Below, in pieces: positions 23,200-36,699 of a DNA stretch of 64,000 nucleotides. The position numbers and the translations under genes are program-made. The stretch comes from Hemiscyllium ocellatum (taxonomy: Eukaryota). The notes under the pieces are model-generated. The model did not search any database, had not been told where the DNA came from, and saw only the letters and a list, made by a program, of their open reading frames with translations. The DNA lies in assembly GCF_020745735.1 (NCBI RefSeq), contig NC_083409.1, forward strand, positions 18,868,341-18,932,340. Direction: 5' to 3'. Numbering within the stretch: the stretch's first letter is position 1; each line of letters starts with the position of its first letter.

Positions 23200-25479
23200 C
23201 AAGGGCAACTAGGAATCTGGCCCAAACAGCAACACCCATGTCCTCCAAGTGAGTTTTAAACAAAAACATCATCTGCACTGCTTACTATTCCATCAGTCTT
23301 TGTGTCAATGTGGAACTATGATTCTCATTAATACATACAGTAAGTAGTTAAGGCCTCACCACAGAATCCTTGTGGAACACCACTCGTCACTTTCTTTCTC
23401 TGTTGTCTGTCACTAAACCAGCCTCTGAACCAAGTCAAACATTCATCTTCAATCCCATGGGTTTTAATATTGGTCAGCAGACTGTTTTGTGGTAAATGAT
23501 CGAGTACTTCTGAAAGTTGATAAGCCTATACATCCTATCAACTATTTTATTTAATGCATTTGGTTTGTTAGTTAAAACCTACCCATCACAAATCTATGTG
23601 GGCTATTTCCAATTCTCTACATGCTCATTCTCTCGGCTGTTAATTATAGATTCCAATGAAGCTCCTAAAAGAGATGTTAGATTGACCAGGATATAATTTC
23701 CTTGGTTCCCTCACTCATCTTTCTTCAACCCGTGGAGTTACAGCAAGACATTTTCCAAACTAAAGGAATCATTGCTGCTTCGGAATCTGATGGGAAAAGC
23801 CTCTGAAACTTCTTCCCCCTCTTCCTTTAAACCCCTGAGGTCCTGGAGATCTGTCAGCCTTTAGAGCTCACTCTCCAATGCTGTTTTCTGGCATGTATCA
23901 AGTTTTGTGAATTCCAATCTTCCTTTCATTATTAACCTCCCTGGAATGGAAGCTGCATTATCCTGTTCCTTGACCGTGAAGACTGACACAACTAATTATT
24001 GTTCACATCGGTCATTCCCTTAGTCTCATTCATGGAATTCCCAGTTTGTTTTTAATGGGGTCACATTGCAATGGAGCTCCCATGATTTTCTAATTTTCGT
24101 GTAAAGCATTTGTGTTAGTCTTGTGACCTCTTGCAGGTCTCTTTCTCCATCACTTGCTTTGTAACTGTTGCTTCCTTTTTGTCTTCCTTTGCAGTTCTTC
24201 ATATCTTCCTTCAGTTGCCTGAAATCTCACTGATATTCCCACATTTGAGTGTTCTCATCTTTAGTTTTCTGTTTTCTCTCACTTATTTTATCAGTGATGA
24301 TGTGCTAACAAGTGGGGACCTGTTCCATACTGAGCTGAATACATCTTTAACCATCTCCCCATCTCATTGGGAGTCTGATCTGACAATTTTGGCTGACACC
24401 AATCTCTGTTGCATTCTATTTCCTGGGACGTGGGTGTCACTGGCATCGATCAGCATTTGTAACCCAAGACTAATTGCCCTTGAACTGCTGGCCTTGCTGT
24501 GGCCTCTCAGAAGGCACCTAAGAGTTAACCAGATTGCTGTGGGGCTAGAGTCACATGAAGTCCAGACTGGGTAAGGCTGAGGCTGGACAGCATTCAGGGA
24601 TCACTAGTGGTCACCATTAATGAGGCTTGCTTTGTGATTTGAATTCAAATTCCAGCATTTGTCACTGGGGGAGATAGTACAGTTTGATAGATTGTGGCAG
24701 GACCTCTGTTTTGTATCCCACCTGAAAGACAACAGCTCCCTCAGTTTTGCAGTGTCAGCCTTGACTGTGTGCTCAACATAGGAATTAGGAGCGGGAGGAG
24801 GCAATTCAGCCCTTTGAGCCCGCTCCGCCATTTAACATGACTGTGGCTGATCTTATCCTGGTCTCAACTCCACTCTCCTGCCTGCTCCCCATCGTTCTTT
24901 ATCTCACGTTTAATCAGAAACATATCTTTCTTGAGCCTGTTGATTGATTCTGCCTCCACTGCACTCTGGGGCATTGAGTTTCACAGATTCACAACCCTCT
25001 GGGAGAAATAGTTTCACCTCATCTCAGTTTTGAACCTACTTCCTCTCACTCGATATCGATGACCTCTTGTTCCAGACTGTCCCGCAAGGGGGAGCATCTA
25101 TTCAATATCCACCCTATCAATCCCCTTTCACATTTTCTATCCCTCAATCAGATCCTTCCTCGTTCTTTTGAACTCCAGTGAGTACAAGCCCAATCTATTT
25201 AACTGCTCTTCATAGGACAACCCTTTCATTCCTGGAATCAGTTTGGGGAAAATCCTCTGAACAGCCTCCAGTCCCACCACATCCTTCCTCAAATGGTGTT
25301 AGGTGTAAGGAATTGGGTTTGGGTGGGTTGCTCTTGGGAGGGTCACTGTGGACTTGTTGGTTCGAGGGGCCTGTTTCCATACTGTAAGTAATCTAATCTA
25401 ATAAGCAGACCACAATTGGACACAATACTGCAGTTGTGTCTCACCAATGCCTTCCATATGTTCCAGTTTGTAATGTATG

Positions 25480-26310
25480 ATCAATTCATGTTCAGATGGG
25501 CCAATGGGCAAGGAGTGGGAGATGGAGTTTAATTTAGATAAGTGTAAGGCATTGCTTTTTGGGAAGGCAAATCAGGGCAGATTCCTGGAGAGTGTTGCTG
25601 AGCAAAGAGACCTTGGAGTGCAGACTCACAGTTCCTTGAAAGTGAAGCCATGGGTAAACAGGGTAGTGACAAAGGTGATTGGTACACTCGCCTTGATTGG
25701 TCTGTGCATTGATTATAGGAGTTGGGATGTCATGTTCTGGCTGTCCACCAAAGTGGCCATTGGTGAGGACACCTTGAGAATACAGGGCTCAGTTCTGGTC
25801 TTCCTGCTCTAGGAACAATGTTTTTAAACTTGAAAGGGGGCAAAAAAAAGATTTGCAAGGATGTTGTCGGGATTGGAGGGTTTGAGCTACAGGGAGAGGC
25901 TGAATCGATTGGGGCTACTTTCCTGGAGCGTTGGAGGTTGAGGGGTGAACTTATGGAGGTTTATAAAATCATGAGGGGCATCGATAAGGTGAATATCCAA
26001 GGTCTTTTTCCCAGGGTATATCAGTCCAAAACTAGAGGGCATAGGTTTAAGGTAATAGAGGAAGAATTTGTAAGGGAACTAAGGGGCAACTTTTCATGCA
26101 GAGGATGGTGCATGCACGGAATGAGCTGCCAGTGGAAGTGGTGGAAGCTGGTACAATTACATCATTTATATAGCTCCATGAATAGGAAGGGTTTAGAAGG
26201 ATATGGGCTAAATCATGGCAAATGGAACTAGATGAGGATGTCTGGTTGGCATGGATGAGTTGAACCGAAGGGTCTGTTTCCGTGCTGAATGACTCTCTGA
26301 CTAAGACACT
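25480..26310 (+). mobile_element. CR1 LINE 3' fragment (older minus-strand CR1 debris at about 23290-24330 and 24770-25470)
   Basis: MEFNLDKCK.L.FGKANQ, RLRGELMEVYKIMRGIDKV. Confidence 0.88.
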
Positions 26311-26620
26311 GGTTTAAATAGACAAAGCTTCTGAGACAGAGGTGACAGTGCTCCCACTGACCAGGTTCCAGTTTGTACAGGGCTCCGCTCTCAGCTGGGT
26401 GGTTGGGAGTTGGAGCTGATTTTAAGCTGTATTTTGGAGAGGGGTAAGCAACCTTTCTGATCAAAGCCTCCAGAAATGTGAAGGTGCAATTTATGAACAA
26501 TTCAGAGCAATGATGTACTCAGTTATTTTGACTCCTGGGGCCTGCTGAGTACTAAACCTCAGCATTTAGGGATTGCTGAGAAATATCTTCATTGACTTGG
26601 ACATTAATTGTACTTTTCAG

Positions 26621-26741
26621 GTTCCACAGTTTAATGAAGAGTCCAGAAGATTATAGCTTTGGGTTATTTCCCGATCTCATTGTTGTTGTCTCCAAGGCTG
26701 TGAAGGACACAGAGTGGAAGAAGTACTTTCCAAAAGAATAG
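26621..26741 (+). pseudogene. RNASEL: RNase L-like terminal exon ([39 protein letters not shown])
   Basis: tacttttcag acceptor in phase 2; aligns to human [33 protein letters not shown]; TAG at 26739-26741; absent from the ORF track (too short). Confidence 0.85.
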
Positions 26742-26840
26742 AGGCTGCTCCTGTTTTCAAAGGGCTGCCATCTCTTGAGTGGAAATGAGACAGAACCACA
26801 TGCTTCAGGGCTAGAATGGAAAGAAGGAACTTACATTTGT

Positions 26841-27169
26841 ATCACAGAATCCCTATAGTGTGGAAGTAGGCCATTCAGCCTATCGAGTCCACACCACCCC
26901 TCCAAAGGACATTCCATCCAGACCCCGATGCTATCCCTGTATTTTCCAATGGCTAATCCACCTAGCCTGCTCATCCTTGACACTATAGAGAATTTAGCAT
27001 GGCCAGTTTACCAGCCTGCAGATCTTTTGGACTGTGGGAGGAAACCAGAGCACCCGGGGGATGCCCACGCAGACATAGGGAGAATGTGCAAACTCCGCAC
27101 AGACCTGCCTGAGGCGGGTCCCTGACGCTGTGAGGCAGCAGTGCCAACCACTGAGCCATCGTGCCACCC
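26841..27169 (-). mobile_element. HE1-type SINE
   Basis: Reverse complement of head, core and tail motifs. Confidence 0.85.
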
Positions 27170-27457
27170 CAAATGTATAGCACTTTTTGTCACCTGAGAA
27201 TGTTCCAAAGCATTTTACTGATAGAGATGTGGGTTTGGAACATGAATAAGGTTACATTTGTGCCACACAGCTGCCAGGCAATGACTGTCTCCAACAAGAG
27301 AGAATGTAACTATCTTGCCTTGATATTCAGTAGTTGTGTGCTGTGTGCACACATTACCTTTAACAAAATCCATCCCTGTATATGTACGGTTTTGAACTCT
27401 ACCCACCAGTTAGTCATCTATGAGCCTGCAAGCTGCACAGACCAAGATCAATTCGCT

Positions 27458-27767
27458 GAATCCCTACAGTGTGGAAATAGTCCTCCACACTGACCCTCCA
27501 AAGAGCATCCCACTCCCCCACCCCATTACTCTACATATTCCCTGACTACTGCACCTAACCCACACACCCCTGAACACCATGGACAATTTAGTTTGGCCAA
27601 TTCAGCGAACCTGCACATCTTTCGACTGTGGGAAGAAACCGGAGCATCCAGAGGAAACCCACAGAGACGCGGGGAGAATGTGCAAACTCCAAACAGACAG
27701 TTGCCCGAGGCTAGAATCGAACCTGGGTCCCTGGCGCTGCGGGACAGCATTGCTGACAACTGAGCCT
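27458..27767 (-). mobile_element. HE1-type SINE
   Basis: Reverse complement of head, core and tail motifs. Confidence 0.85.
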
Positions 27768-29462
27768 CAGTGCAGTGAAATCTTGCTTGCTGTAATGTCT
27801 GCTTCATGATTGTAATGTGTTTTATTGCTTTAACTAAACTAACTTACAAAGTTAATGGATTGATTATGGGACCATCATCTTAACTATATCATGGTGAAAG
27901 GCTGAAGAAAACACTGTACAGATGAGGCCTATTGCACAAGCAGCTTAATCTGCAGGTAGAATATACAAATGACAGTCTTCGATTGTGTGAAAGTGTATGA
28001 GGCAACATATGGGCAAGGAACAAAAGTAGGCCACTCGGCCCTTATGGCTGATCTGATTTTAACCTCAACTCTACATTCTCTGATAATGTTTCATCTCTTC
28101 AGTCATCAAGAATCTATCTATGGTCATGGCTGATCATCGAGCACTACACTGTAATCCCTCCCTACCCCATATCCCTTGAATCTTTAGCCACAAGAGCTAT
28201 CTCTACCCCCTTCTTGAAAACATAATGTTTTGGCCTCAACAACTTTCTGTGACAGAGAATTCCACAGGCTCACCACTCCCTGGGTGAAAACATTTTTCCT
28301 CATCTCTATCCGATAGAGTTTACCCCTTAACCTTAAACTATGAGCCTGGTTCTGGACTTCCCCACCATTTGGAACATCCTTCCTCCATCTAACATGTCTC
28401 GTCCTGTTCCAATTTTATACCTTTGTACAAGATTCCCTTCCTTCATTCTTCTAAACTCCAATGAACACAATCCTCACCAACTCAACCTCTCTTTATACAT
28501 CAGTCCTGCCATCACAGAAATCAAATGGCATTCAGTAATTAATATTAATCACCTCATTATGGAAGACAGACTTTGAAGGTCAGGGTGAGAGGACAATCAA
28601 TGCCAGTTCTAAAATTCAGGCTTCTGTTGCAGTAAGCTCAATGGAATCATTGGATACAATCTGACAACAGCAGAAAGATGGGAGGTGTAGATGGAGGGTG
28701 CAGACAGCGGTGTAGACAGTGGGTTTGGACATGGGGTGTAAACGGAGGGTGCAGACAGTGTGTATAGACAGTGGCATCGACAGAAGGTGCAGATGCTGGG
28801 TGCAGACTGTGCTGTAGCCAGTAGTATAAACATGTGCTAGACTTTGCGTGGTGACCAGACGAGTGGCTGTGTGGAATCACACAGAGAGCAGTCAGTGAGC
28901 CTGACACAGTCAGGGACACCCCCTGGTGCTGAAGGTCATGCTGCTGCTGGCAAAGGCTGCATTTCATCTGAAACTGTACTCGCTCCCTACACATTCCCCT
29001 CTTGTCCCCATATTCCTCACGACAACCCCTGGAGATGTCAGCCAGCGCTCTGTGCTTTTGCTCAGTCTCCATTGGCCTTGCTTCCATTAGTCTTGACCCT
29101 CCTTCCAAGCTCCTACTTGGGCCTTCATTGAAGCTTAAACCATTTCCTCTGACCCTTGATCATGTATTTGCCATCCTCGATAGCCTATACTAGTCACCAT
29201 TAACCTGCACAGCCCTCTCAGCATAGATACAACATAGAAAAGGCATTTTGGCCCATTGAGTCTGCACGAACATAATTACAACTGAAGGCACTTTTATCCC
29301 AATTTCCTGCCGTTGTCCCAAATCCATGAATGTTATGATATTCAAGGGTTGTAAGGTATCTGCCCTCCACTATCTTCCCTGACAGAGGGTTGCGAGTTTA
29401 TAGTTTGTGTCACATCAGACTCATGAAGCTGAATGAAATCTCAACTCTTTGGGCTGTTTTGT

Positions 29463-29800
29463 GAGTGGCATGGTGGCTCAGTGGTTAGTACTGCTGCCTC
29501 ACAGCACTAGGGACCCGGGTCGATTCCAGTCCTGGGTATCTGTGTGGAGTTTGCACAGTCTCCCCGAGTCTGTGTGTTTTTCCTCTGTATGCTCCAGTTT
29601 CCTCCCACGATCCAAAGATGTGCAGCTTAGGTGAATTGGCCATGCTAAAATTGCCCATAGTGTTCAGGGATGTGTTAGTTAGGTGTGTTAGTCAGGGGAA
29701 ATAGCCAAGGGGAGAGGATCTCGGGTGAATTTCTCTTCGGAGGATTGGTCAGGACGTGTTGCACCAAATGGCCTGTTTCCACACTGTAGGGATTCTATGA
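29463..29800 (+). mobile_element. HE1-type SINE
   Basis: Head GGCATGGTGGCTCAGTGGTTAG, core, tail CCTGTTTCCACACTGTAGGGATTCTATGA. Confidence 0.88.
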
Positions 29801-30202
29801 CAGTCCATTCCAGATTCCCACCACCCTCTGAGTGAAAGAGGTTCTTTCCCAAATCTCATTTGCGATGTTCGTAAAGGAATCTTTCAAAATATTCATATTG
29901 CTCAATGTCCTTTAGCTCTTTCGCTCCTTGTTCGATAAGTGTTATTTTCCTGATAAAATATGAGTTCCCTGATGGGGTTTAACCTTGTCCAATCAGGGAG
30001 CCTTGGCTGACAGATAAAAATGGGAGTGTCAGAAGGACTGATACTCTGGGACCAGACTCTGAATAACAACCTGCCAACCATCCCCCTCCTTCTGTTACCC
30101 TCAATCTCCTCATGCTTATTCTTGATACCCCTTCAATCCAGCTTGTGCTTCCTTTGGGAGAGGTTGACCTTCCCTCCATCACCCAGCAACGTGGTCATCA
30201 TC

Positions 30203-30506
30203 CCTGCTAGCACTGCTGCCTCACAGCACCAGGGTCCCAGTTTCGATTCCAGCCTCGGGTGAATGTCTGTGTGGAGTTTGCACATTCTCCCTGTGTTTGC
30301 CTGGGTTTCCTCCGGGTGCCCTGGTTTCCTCCCACAGTCCGAAGATGTGCAAATCAGGTGAATTGGCCATGTTAAATTGCCCATAGTTTTAGGTGCATTA
30401 GTCAGAGGGAAATGAGTCGGGTGGGTTTCTGTTTGGAGGGTCGGTGTGGATTGGTTGGGCCGAAAGGCCTGTTTCCACACTGTAGGTAATCTAATCTAAT
30501 CTAATC
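30203..30506 (+). mobile_element. HE1 SINE (slightly 5'-truncated)
   Basis: Core motifs and (AATCT)n tail. Confidence 0.88.
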
Positions 30507-31164
30507 CCAGAGGAGCATAGTCCCACTCACTCATTACAGACAGAGCCAAATGGTGGTGAGTTTAATCCAAGGGTCACCACAGCTGAGGCAGGGGGAGAGA
30601 AGGTGGTACCTTCATGTTGGTAGTGTCCTTCATTAATCCACTGCAACCCCCCTTGGGGCTGCAAGAATTCAACCACCCTCGTTCAGACAGCTCCCCTTGC
30701 TGTAAGGTAATATTACTGCACGTAGTTTAGAGCTAATTTACCATTGAAATATGACTATGGGTAGTCAGCACTGGCTGGGCAGGCAGCCACAACTGCAATG
30801 ACCCTGGATCCAGAAAATCCCCTTGTAATCAGGCAACACATTAGGGAGCACAGTGCCCACTGCCTCTGAAATCCCTCCCTTACTGAGAACACACTCGCAG
30901 TATTCACCTTTCTCAGTTGCCATCTCAATTTCACTGTAAATTCTATCAACTATGATCCTGCCCCACTAGCTGCCTGATGAAGGACCTCTGAAAGCATGTA
31001 CTTCCAAAGAAACCTGTTGGACTATAACCTGGTGTTGTGTGATTTTTAACTTTGGCCATCTCACTGAGGCACCATTTCAGACTGAACTGTTTTTCATTCA
31101 TGATTTGAGATGATTAAAGCCAAGTCTTCAATTCCCATCACAAAGCCCATTCTCTATCCATCAC

Positions 31165-31740
31165 TCAGAGACAAATACCTCAGAGACACCTACAGGCAGC
31201 ACAGAGTAACACATTCACACTCAATGAGATACTGACAGGCAGTACAGAATAACACACACGCTCAGAGAGATATCTACAGGCAACACTGAGTAACGCACAC
31301 ACTCAGAGTGCCAGGCAGCACTGAGTAACACACACACTCAGAGTTCCAGGCAGCACTGAGTAACAAGGCAAAAGTGAGGACTGCAGATGCTGGAGCTTAG
31401 AGTCGAGAGTGTGGTACTGGAAAAGCACAGCAGGTCAGGCAGCATCTGAGCAGCAGCAAAATCAACGTTTTGGACATCCTGATGAAGGAATTTTCCTGAT
31501 GAAGGCATTGATTCTCCTGCTCCTCGGATGTTGCCTGACCTGCTATGCTTTTCCACCACCACACTCTCTGAGCACTGAGTAACATGCTCACAGTCCATGC
31601 TGCCTGGAGGTGTCTCTCTGAGTGTGAACATGTTACTCAGTGCTGCATGTCGATGTCTCTGAATAACACACCCACACTCACAGTGACACCTCAGGCAGCA
31701 TTATGTAAAACACGCACACTGAACTCAGAGAGACACACAG
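31165..31740. repeat. Degenerate minisatellite (CAGGCAGCACTGAGTAACACACACACTCAGAG-like unit) interrupted by a foldback element
   Basis: At least 5 visible units at 31190-31365, resuming after 31570. Confidence 0.7.
31369..31570. mobile_element. Penelope-derived foldback element (arms about 31405-31465 / 31508-31568)
   Basis: Inverted arms, central tandem CCTGATGAAGG; same left end as the copy at 52135. Confidence 0.75.
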
Positions 31741-32116
31741 CCTCCATTCTCAGTGACTGGCCTTAAAACATTACAGGTACTATTCAGCATGCAGCAGAGA
31801 GCGCACAGTGCTATCCCAGCAACTCTACCTGGATCAAAAGAGTGAAGAGGGAATGCCTCAGATTGTAATTACAGAGTCCCAACAGCTTTCAGTTTCTGTT
31901 TTGTTTGAAAACTTGCAACCTCCACAGTTTCCAGATCAAAGGGATCATTTGAAAATGATTGATGATTAGCTGTCAGTCCATACTGCAATGAAAGTCTTCC
32001 TGATTGACAGACCAAACAGCTAATTGTGACAATGCTGTGCTGAAATGCATCCAATCAGCTGAAGAGAGTGATCCATTTCCAAAGCACACAGAAACAGAGA
32101 CTGAATCTTCTTCAAC

Positions 32117-32122
32117 TTTAAT
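32117..32122 (-). terminator. Candidate polyadenylation signal (ATTAAA) for the Ig kappa transcript
   Basis: About 525 nt downstream of the C-exon stop; non-canonical hexamer; position only. Confidence 0.3.
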
Positions 32123-32645
32123 CTGATTTGATTGGCTTTGGGAGAATAAACACTAAAATTAACAGCCCAGACAGAGGAAGCTGCTCAAATTCACAGCCAC
32201 AATGGTGCTTGAGGAAAACACTTGTGGAGGTTTTCTCAGTAACATGAGAACCCTGTCCCTTTAAACAGTGACAAAACCTTAAATTGGAACTGGTGGCTGA
32301 GCAGGAAGGAGATCTGTTTTACTGAAGCAGAGACTTAAGAGGTTCACATTGTTTTGTACAGCTGGCACTTATCAACATCTTCAAGAGATTTTACTTAGCA
32401 TCACAAGTCAACCCTGACCCGTCAAACACTCCCAGAACAAGGACAGCATGAGGTTTTACATAGGATAAAACTCTCTCTACGCTGTCCCAATGAACTGCCT
32501 GAACTCCTGAACCTCAGAAGTGTCCCCTAGACCAGCCCTGAGAAGGAGGAGCGTTGACATTCAGTGCTGACAATGACCTTTGTCCTGCCAGCTCAGCCCT
32601 GTTCTGTTTAAAGTTGTGTCTCCTCTGTGGACTGTCTCAAACACT

Positions 32646-32974
32646 CTACACACATTCTGATCTCCTGATGCTCTTGCTGAGGGGAGAGGGGAGGGTCACG
32701 TGGGTGAGGGCACAGGAGAAGCGAGCGTTGGACTCCCAGTCAGACCCAGAGAGGGTCAGCACTCTGCTGACACTGTAGGTGCTGTCTGAAGCTCGCAGGT
32801 AGTTGCTGGTCTGAACCCCGTCCGAAATGACTGCACCGTCCTTCTTCCACTGCACCTCCAGCTCATCGGGATAGAAGTGATTGGCAAGGCACACCAGGGT
32901 GGCAGTGCCCTTGGCATTGACCTGCTCCAGGGAGGGGGGCAGCAGGGTCAGCTTGGGCTGAGTGTTCTCACGGC
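32646..32974 (-). CDS. IGKC: Immunoglobulin kappa (NS4/type III) constant exon
   Basis: ctttcag acceptor; intact frame (S)RENTQPKLTLLPPSLEQV..ATLVCLANHFYP..VQWKKDG..STYSVS..FSCALTH..SECV*; C1-set Cys/Trp and terminal inter-chain Cys. Confidence 0.97.
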
Positions 32975-35729
32975 CTGAAAGATAAGAGAAACAATTTTAA
33001 TCCCTGCCTTTTGAAGAAACTTCAACTCTCAGAACATTCACTGGTAAAATGTTTGAACATTTGTATCCAATACCTACCAAACCCGACAAAAAAAACCAGG
33101 TATTGTTTAAATTGCTTCTTGGGAGTGAGTGTCACGAGCAGGGCCAGTATTTATTTCTCATCCTTAATTGCCCCGAGAAGGTGATGGGGAAAGACAAGGA
33201 ACAGGTTTGGACTCTTGTTTAGGGAATGAATGTGGGCAGCTGGAAGGGCTATCAATGGGGGAGCAGTTTAGTGACAGTGATCAGAATTCAGTGAGATTGA
33301 GAGTAGAGATGGAAATGGAGAACCATGCAGCAAGTGTAAACGTTTTCACTTGGGAATGAACTATTTTACTAAACTGTGCGATAATTTAGTAAAAGTGGAC
33401 TAGAACCAACGCCATCATGTGAAATCAATGTCAGGGCAGTGGGATCCCTCAAAAGAAAAGACAGAGATTGTTCAGAATCTTTTCCCACAATGAGTAAGGG
33501 TGGGACTCCCAAATCCAGACGCTCAGCCTGGGATGTCAAAAGGCAGCCAGAGTAGGGAAGACCAAACAGGGAAGGTGATGTTGGTTATCTGGAGTTATCT
33601 GCAGAAAGCCCAGAGGAGGATCGAAAATGCAGGGGTGGCATTGAACAGGACCTGAGGAAGGCAAAGACAGGATTAACTGTGTCCAACTGAATCAAAGAAA
33701 TCACAACAAACAAGAGGATTGGGGGTCAGGTACTGATACGGATTGAGAACTGGTTGGCAGACAGGACAGGAAGAGCGAGTCTTTTTCTGAATGGCAGATA
33801 TTTCCCAGTTGGGGTACCACAGGGATCAGTCCTTGGTGCCCAGTTATTCATAACATATAATCATCGAGTCAGAGTCAGAGAAACCCAAAAGGCCCAACGG
33901 ATCATTGTGTCAAAAAACAACTCAATACTTCTCATCAATTTACCAGCATGAGAGAATTAGATGCGGCATGTGTTCAAGAAGGAATTAGATACAGTTCTTA
34001 AGATTAATCAGTTCAAAGAATGTGGGGAGCAAGCAGGAACAGGGGACAGTGTTGGATAATTGACCATGATCATACTGAATGCTGGAGCAGGCTTGAGGGG
34101 CCGAATGGCCTACTGCTGCTCCTGTGTTTTATGTTTCTGTCCGTTTCTCAGATAATGAAGGAATGTCTCTCGTCAGCTTGAGGCTGGAAGTCAGATGTGT
34201 GTGCAGGGGGAAGATGTGACCATGGTGATTAATGAATGCAGGTCAGTGAGATGGTTCAGAAGACACATGGGATAAACTGATTTTCTTTTTCCCTTGATGG
34301 AATGAGGGCATTGCTGGATCGGCAGCATTTATTGCCCATCGCTAATTGCCCAGAGGTCATTTTAGAGTCACCCACATTGCTGTGGGTCTGGGGTCACATG
34401 GGAAGGATGGCAGTTTCCTTCCCTAAAGGACATAAGGGAATCAGATGGCTTTTTTTCCTGACAATCAACAAGTGTTTCATGGTCATCATCAGACTCTTAA
34501 TTCCAGATTTTTAAAATTGAATTCAAATTCCACCATCTGCTGTGGCAGGATTCTGCCCTGGTCCCTAGAACATTAATCTGGATCTCTGGATTAACAGCTC
34601 AGCAATAACACTATTAGGCCATCACCTCTCTTATCTCATTTTTGGTTGAGAGTGAAAGCAAGAAATTTGTTTATTCTGGAACTTTATCAAACCCCAGTTA
34701 GAGCACAGTGAGAGAACAGTGTACAGTTCTGGTCACCACATTACAGGAAGGATATGATCCCCTGAGTGATGGGGACAGTGGTGGATTTTGTCAGGAATGG
34801 GGAGTTTTAGTTTTGAGGAATGATTGGTTTGGCTGGGACTGTTTTCTTTGGAACAGAGAAGGCTGAGGGGAGATTTGATCAAGGCGTGTAAAATGATGAG
34901 GGGCCTGGATAGAATTTGTAGGAAGGACTGATTTCCATCAGCAGAGAGGGCAATAACCCTGGGGAGAGATTGAAATGAATTGGGGACAGGGTTCGAGGTG
35001 AATTGAGGAGTAATTGTTTTCACCCAGAGGCTGATGGGATCTGGGACTCACTGTCTGAAAGGGTAGGAGAGGCAGAAACCCTCATCACATTGAAAACAAC
35101 ACTTGGATATTCACTTGGAACAGCGAAACATCCAGAGCTATGGAGCAAGAGCTGGAGAGTGGGATGGAGCTCGATCCCTCTTTAACAAACCTCGGATTAC
35201 CCACAGATGAGGAGAACTTTATCCGAGAACATTGGAGCAGACTTGGATCCAAACATTTCGGGAAGGAGTCACATTGGCGTGTCTGTGTAGAATGCTCTTG
35301 AATACATTTCAAACCTTACTGCATACCATTGGGCTGAGATCAAGGGTGAGGCTGCAAAGAGTCTCAGTGACCTGGGGTCAGGCAGGGTCACTGCTCCTAA
35401 TGACCCCATGCCTCCTGGAAGGTGAGAGTGCGCAGACAATGGGTGAGGTTCAGGATCAAGAGACTCTAACCTTAAAGAAAGACCTGCATTTGTGTAGCAC
35501 CTGTCCCCAGCTCAGGATGTCCCAATGGCTCTTTCCAGCAGACTTTGTGCAGTGAGATCCCAAACACAGTATGATAATTAGCAGAGAAATAGATTTTTAG
35601 TGATTTTTATTGGGGGATAAATAGTGACCAGGTACACCAGAAGGAACTGCCTGCTCTTCATCCAACAGTGCCATCTGAAAGACTCCCAGTTCAACCAAAA
35701 AAAAAGTTCTGTGAAAGTGGAGTTGCAGG

Positions 35730-36380
35730 TAGGTAGGGGAGTGACGAAGTAACTTGGTATGGTTTCCTTTATTGGGCAGCGCATTGAGTATTGGAGTTGG
35801 GAGCTGTTGTGGTTGTGCCAGACATTGGTCACTTTTGGAATACGGTGTGTAATTCTGGTATCCCTGCTGTAGGAACAATATTGTGAACCTTAAAATGCTT
35901 CAGAAAAGTTTTATAAGGGTGTTACCAAGGTTGGAGAGTTTGAGCTATCGGAGGAAGCTGAATAGACTGAGACTATTTTCCCTGGATTGTTGGAGGCTGA
36001 GGGGTGACCACACAGTGGTTTATAAAATCATGAGGGATATAGATACGGTGAATAGAGTAGATCTTTTCTTCAGAGTGGGGGAGTCCAGAACTAGAGGGCA
36101 TAGGTTGAAGGTGACAGGGGAAAGATTTAAAAAGGACCTAAGGTGCAACGTTTTCATGCAGAGGGTCGTACATTTTTGGAATGGGCTGCCAGAGGGAGTG
36201 GTGGAGGCTGGTATGATTACAATATTTAAAAAGCCATCTGGATGGGTATATGTATAGGAAGGGTTGAGAGCGACATGGGCCTCATGCTGGCAAATGGGAC
36301 TAGATTAATTTAGGGTATCTGGTCAGGATGGATGACTTGGACTGAAGGGTCAGATTCTCTGCTGTACATCTCCATAACTG
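35730..36380 (+). mobile_element. CR1 LINE 3' fragment in the J-C intron (further + strand fragments at about 33400-34130, 34680-35160 and 42180-42790)
   Basis: ORF 35883..36257 is a CR1 C-terminal peptide. Confidence 0.88.
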
Positions 36381-36699
36381 TAATTGTATTTCAATCGAGT
36401 CCCTAACACCTCAGGCTCTCCCAAAGACATTTACATTTTGTTTTAAAACAAGTCACTGTTGCAATGTCAGGAAAGGGACAGCCAATTTCTACACAGCAAG
36501 ATCCCACTAGAACCAATGAGATCAAAGAGCATTTTTGATGATGTTGGTCCAAGGATAAATATTGTCCTGAACTCAACCCAAAGAGAAAGGAATTTGGTTC
36601 AGTTGGATGGAAAATGAGAAAATGGAAGGTAAAGGAGAAGGTAGGATTGCTGGTTAGTGATGGGATTGATTGTTACCAGAAAATAAAAGGAAGGGATAG

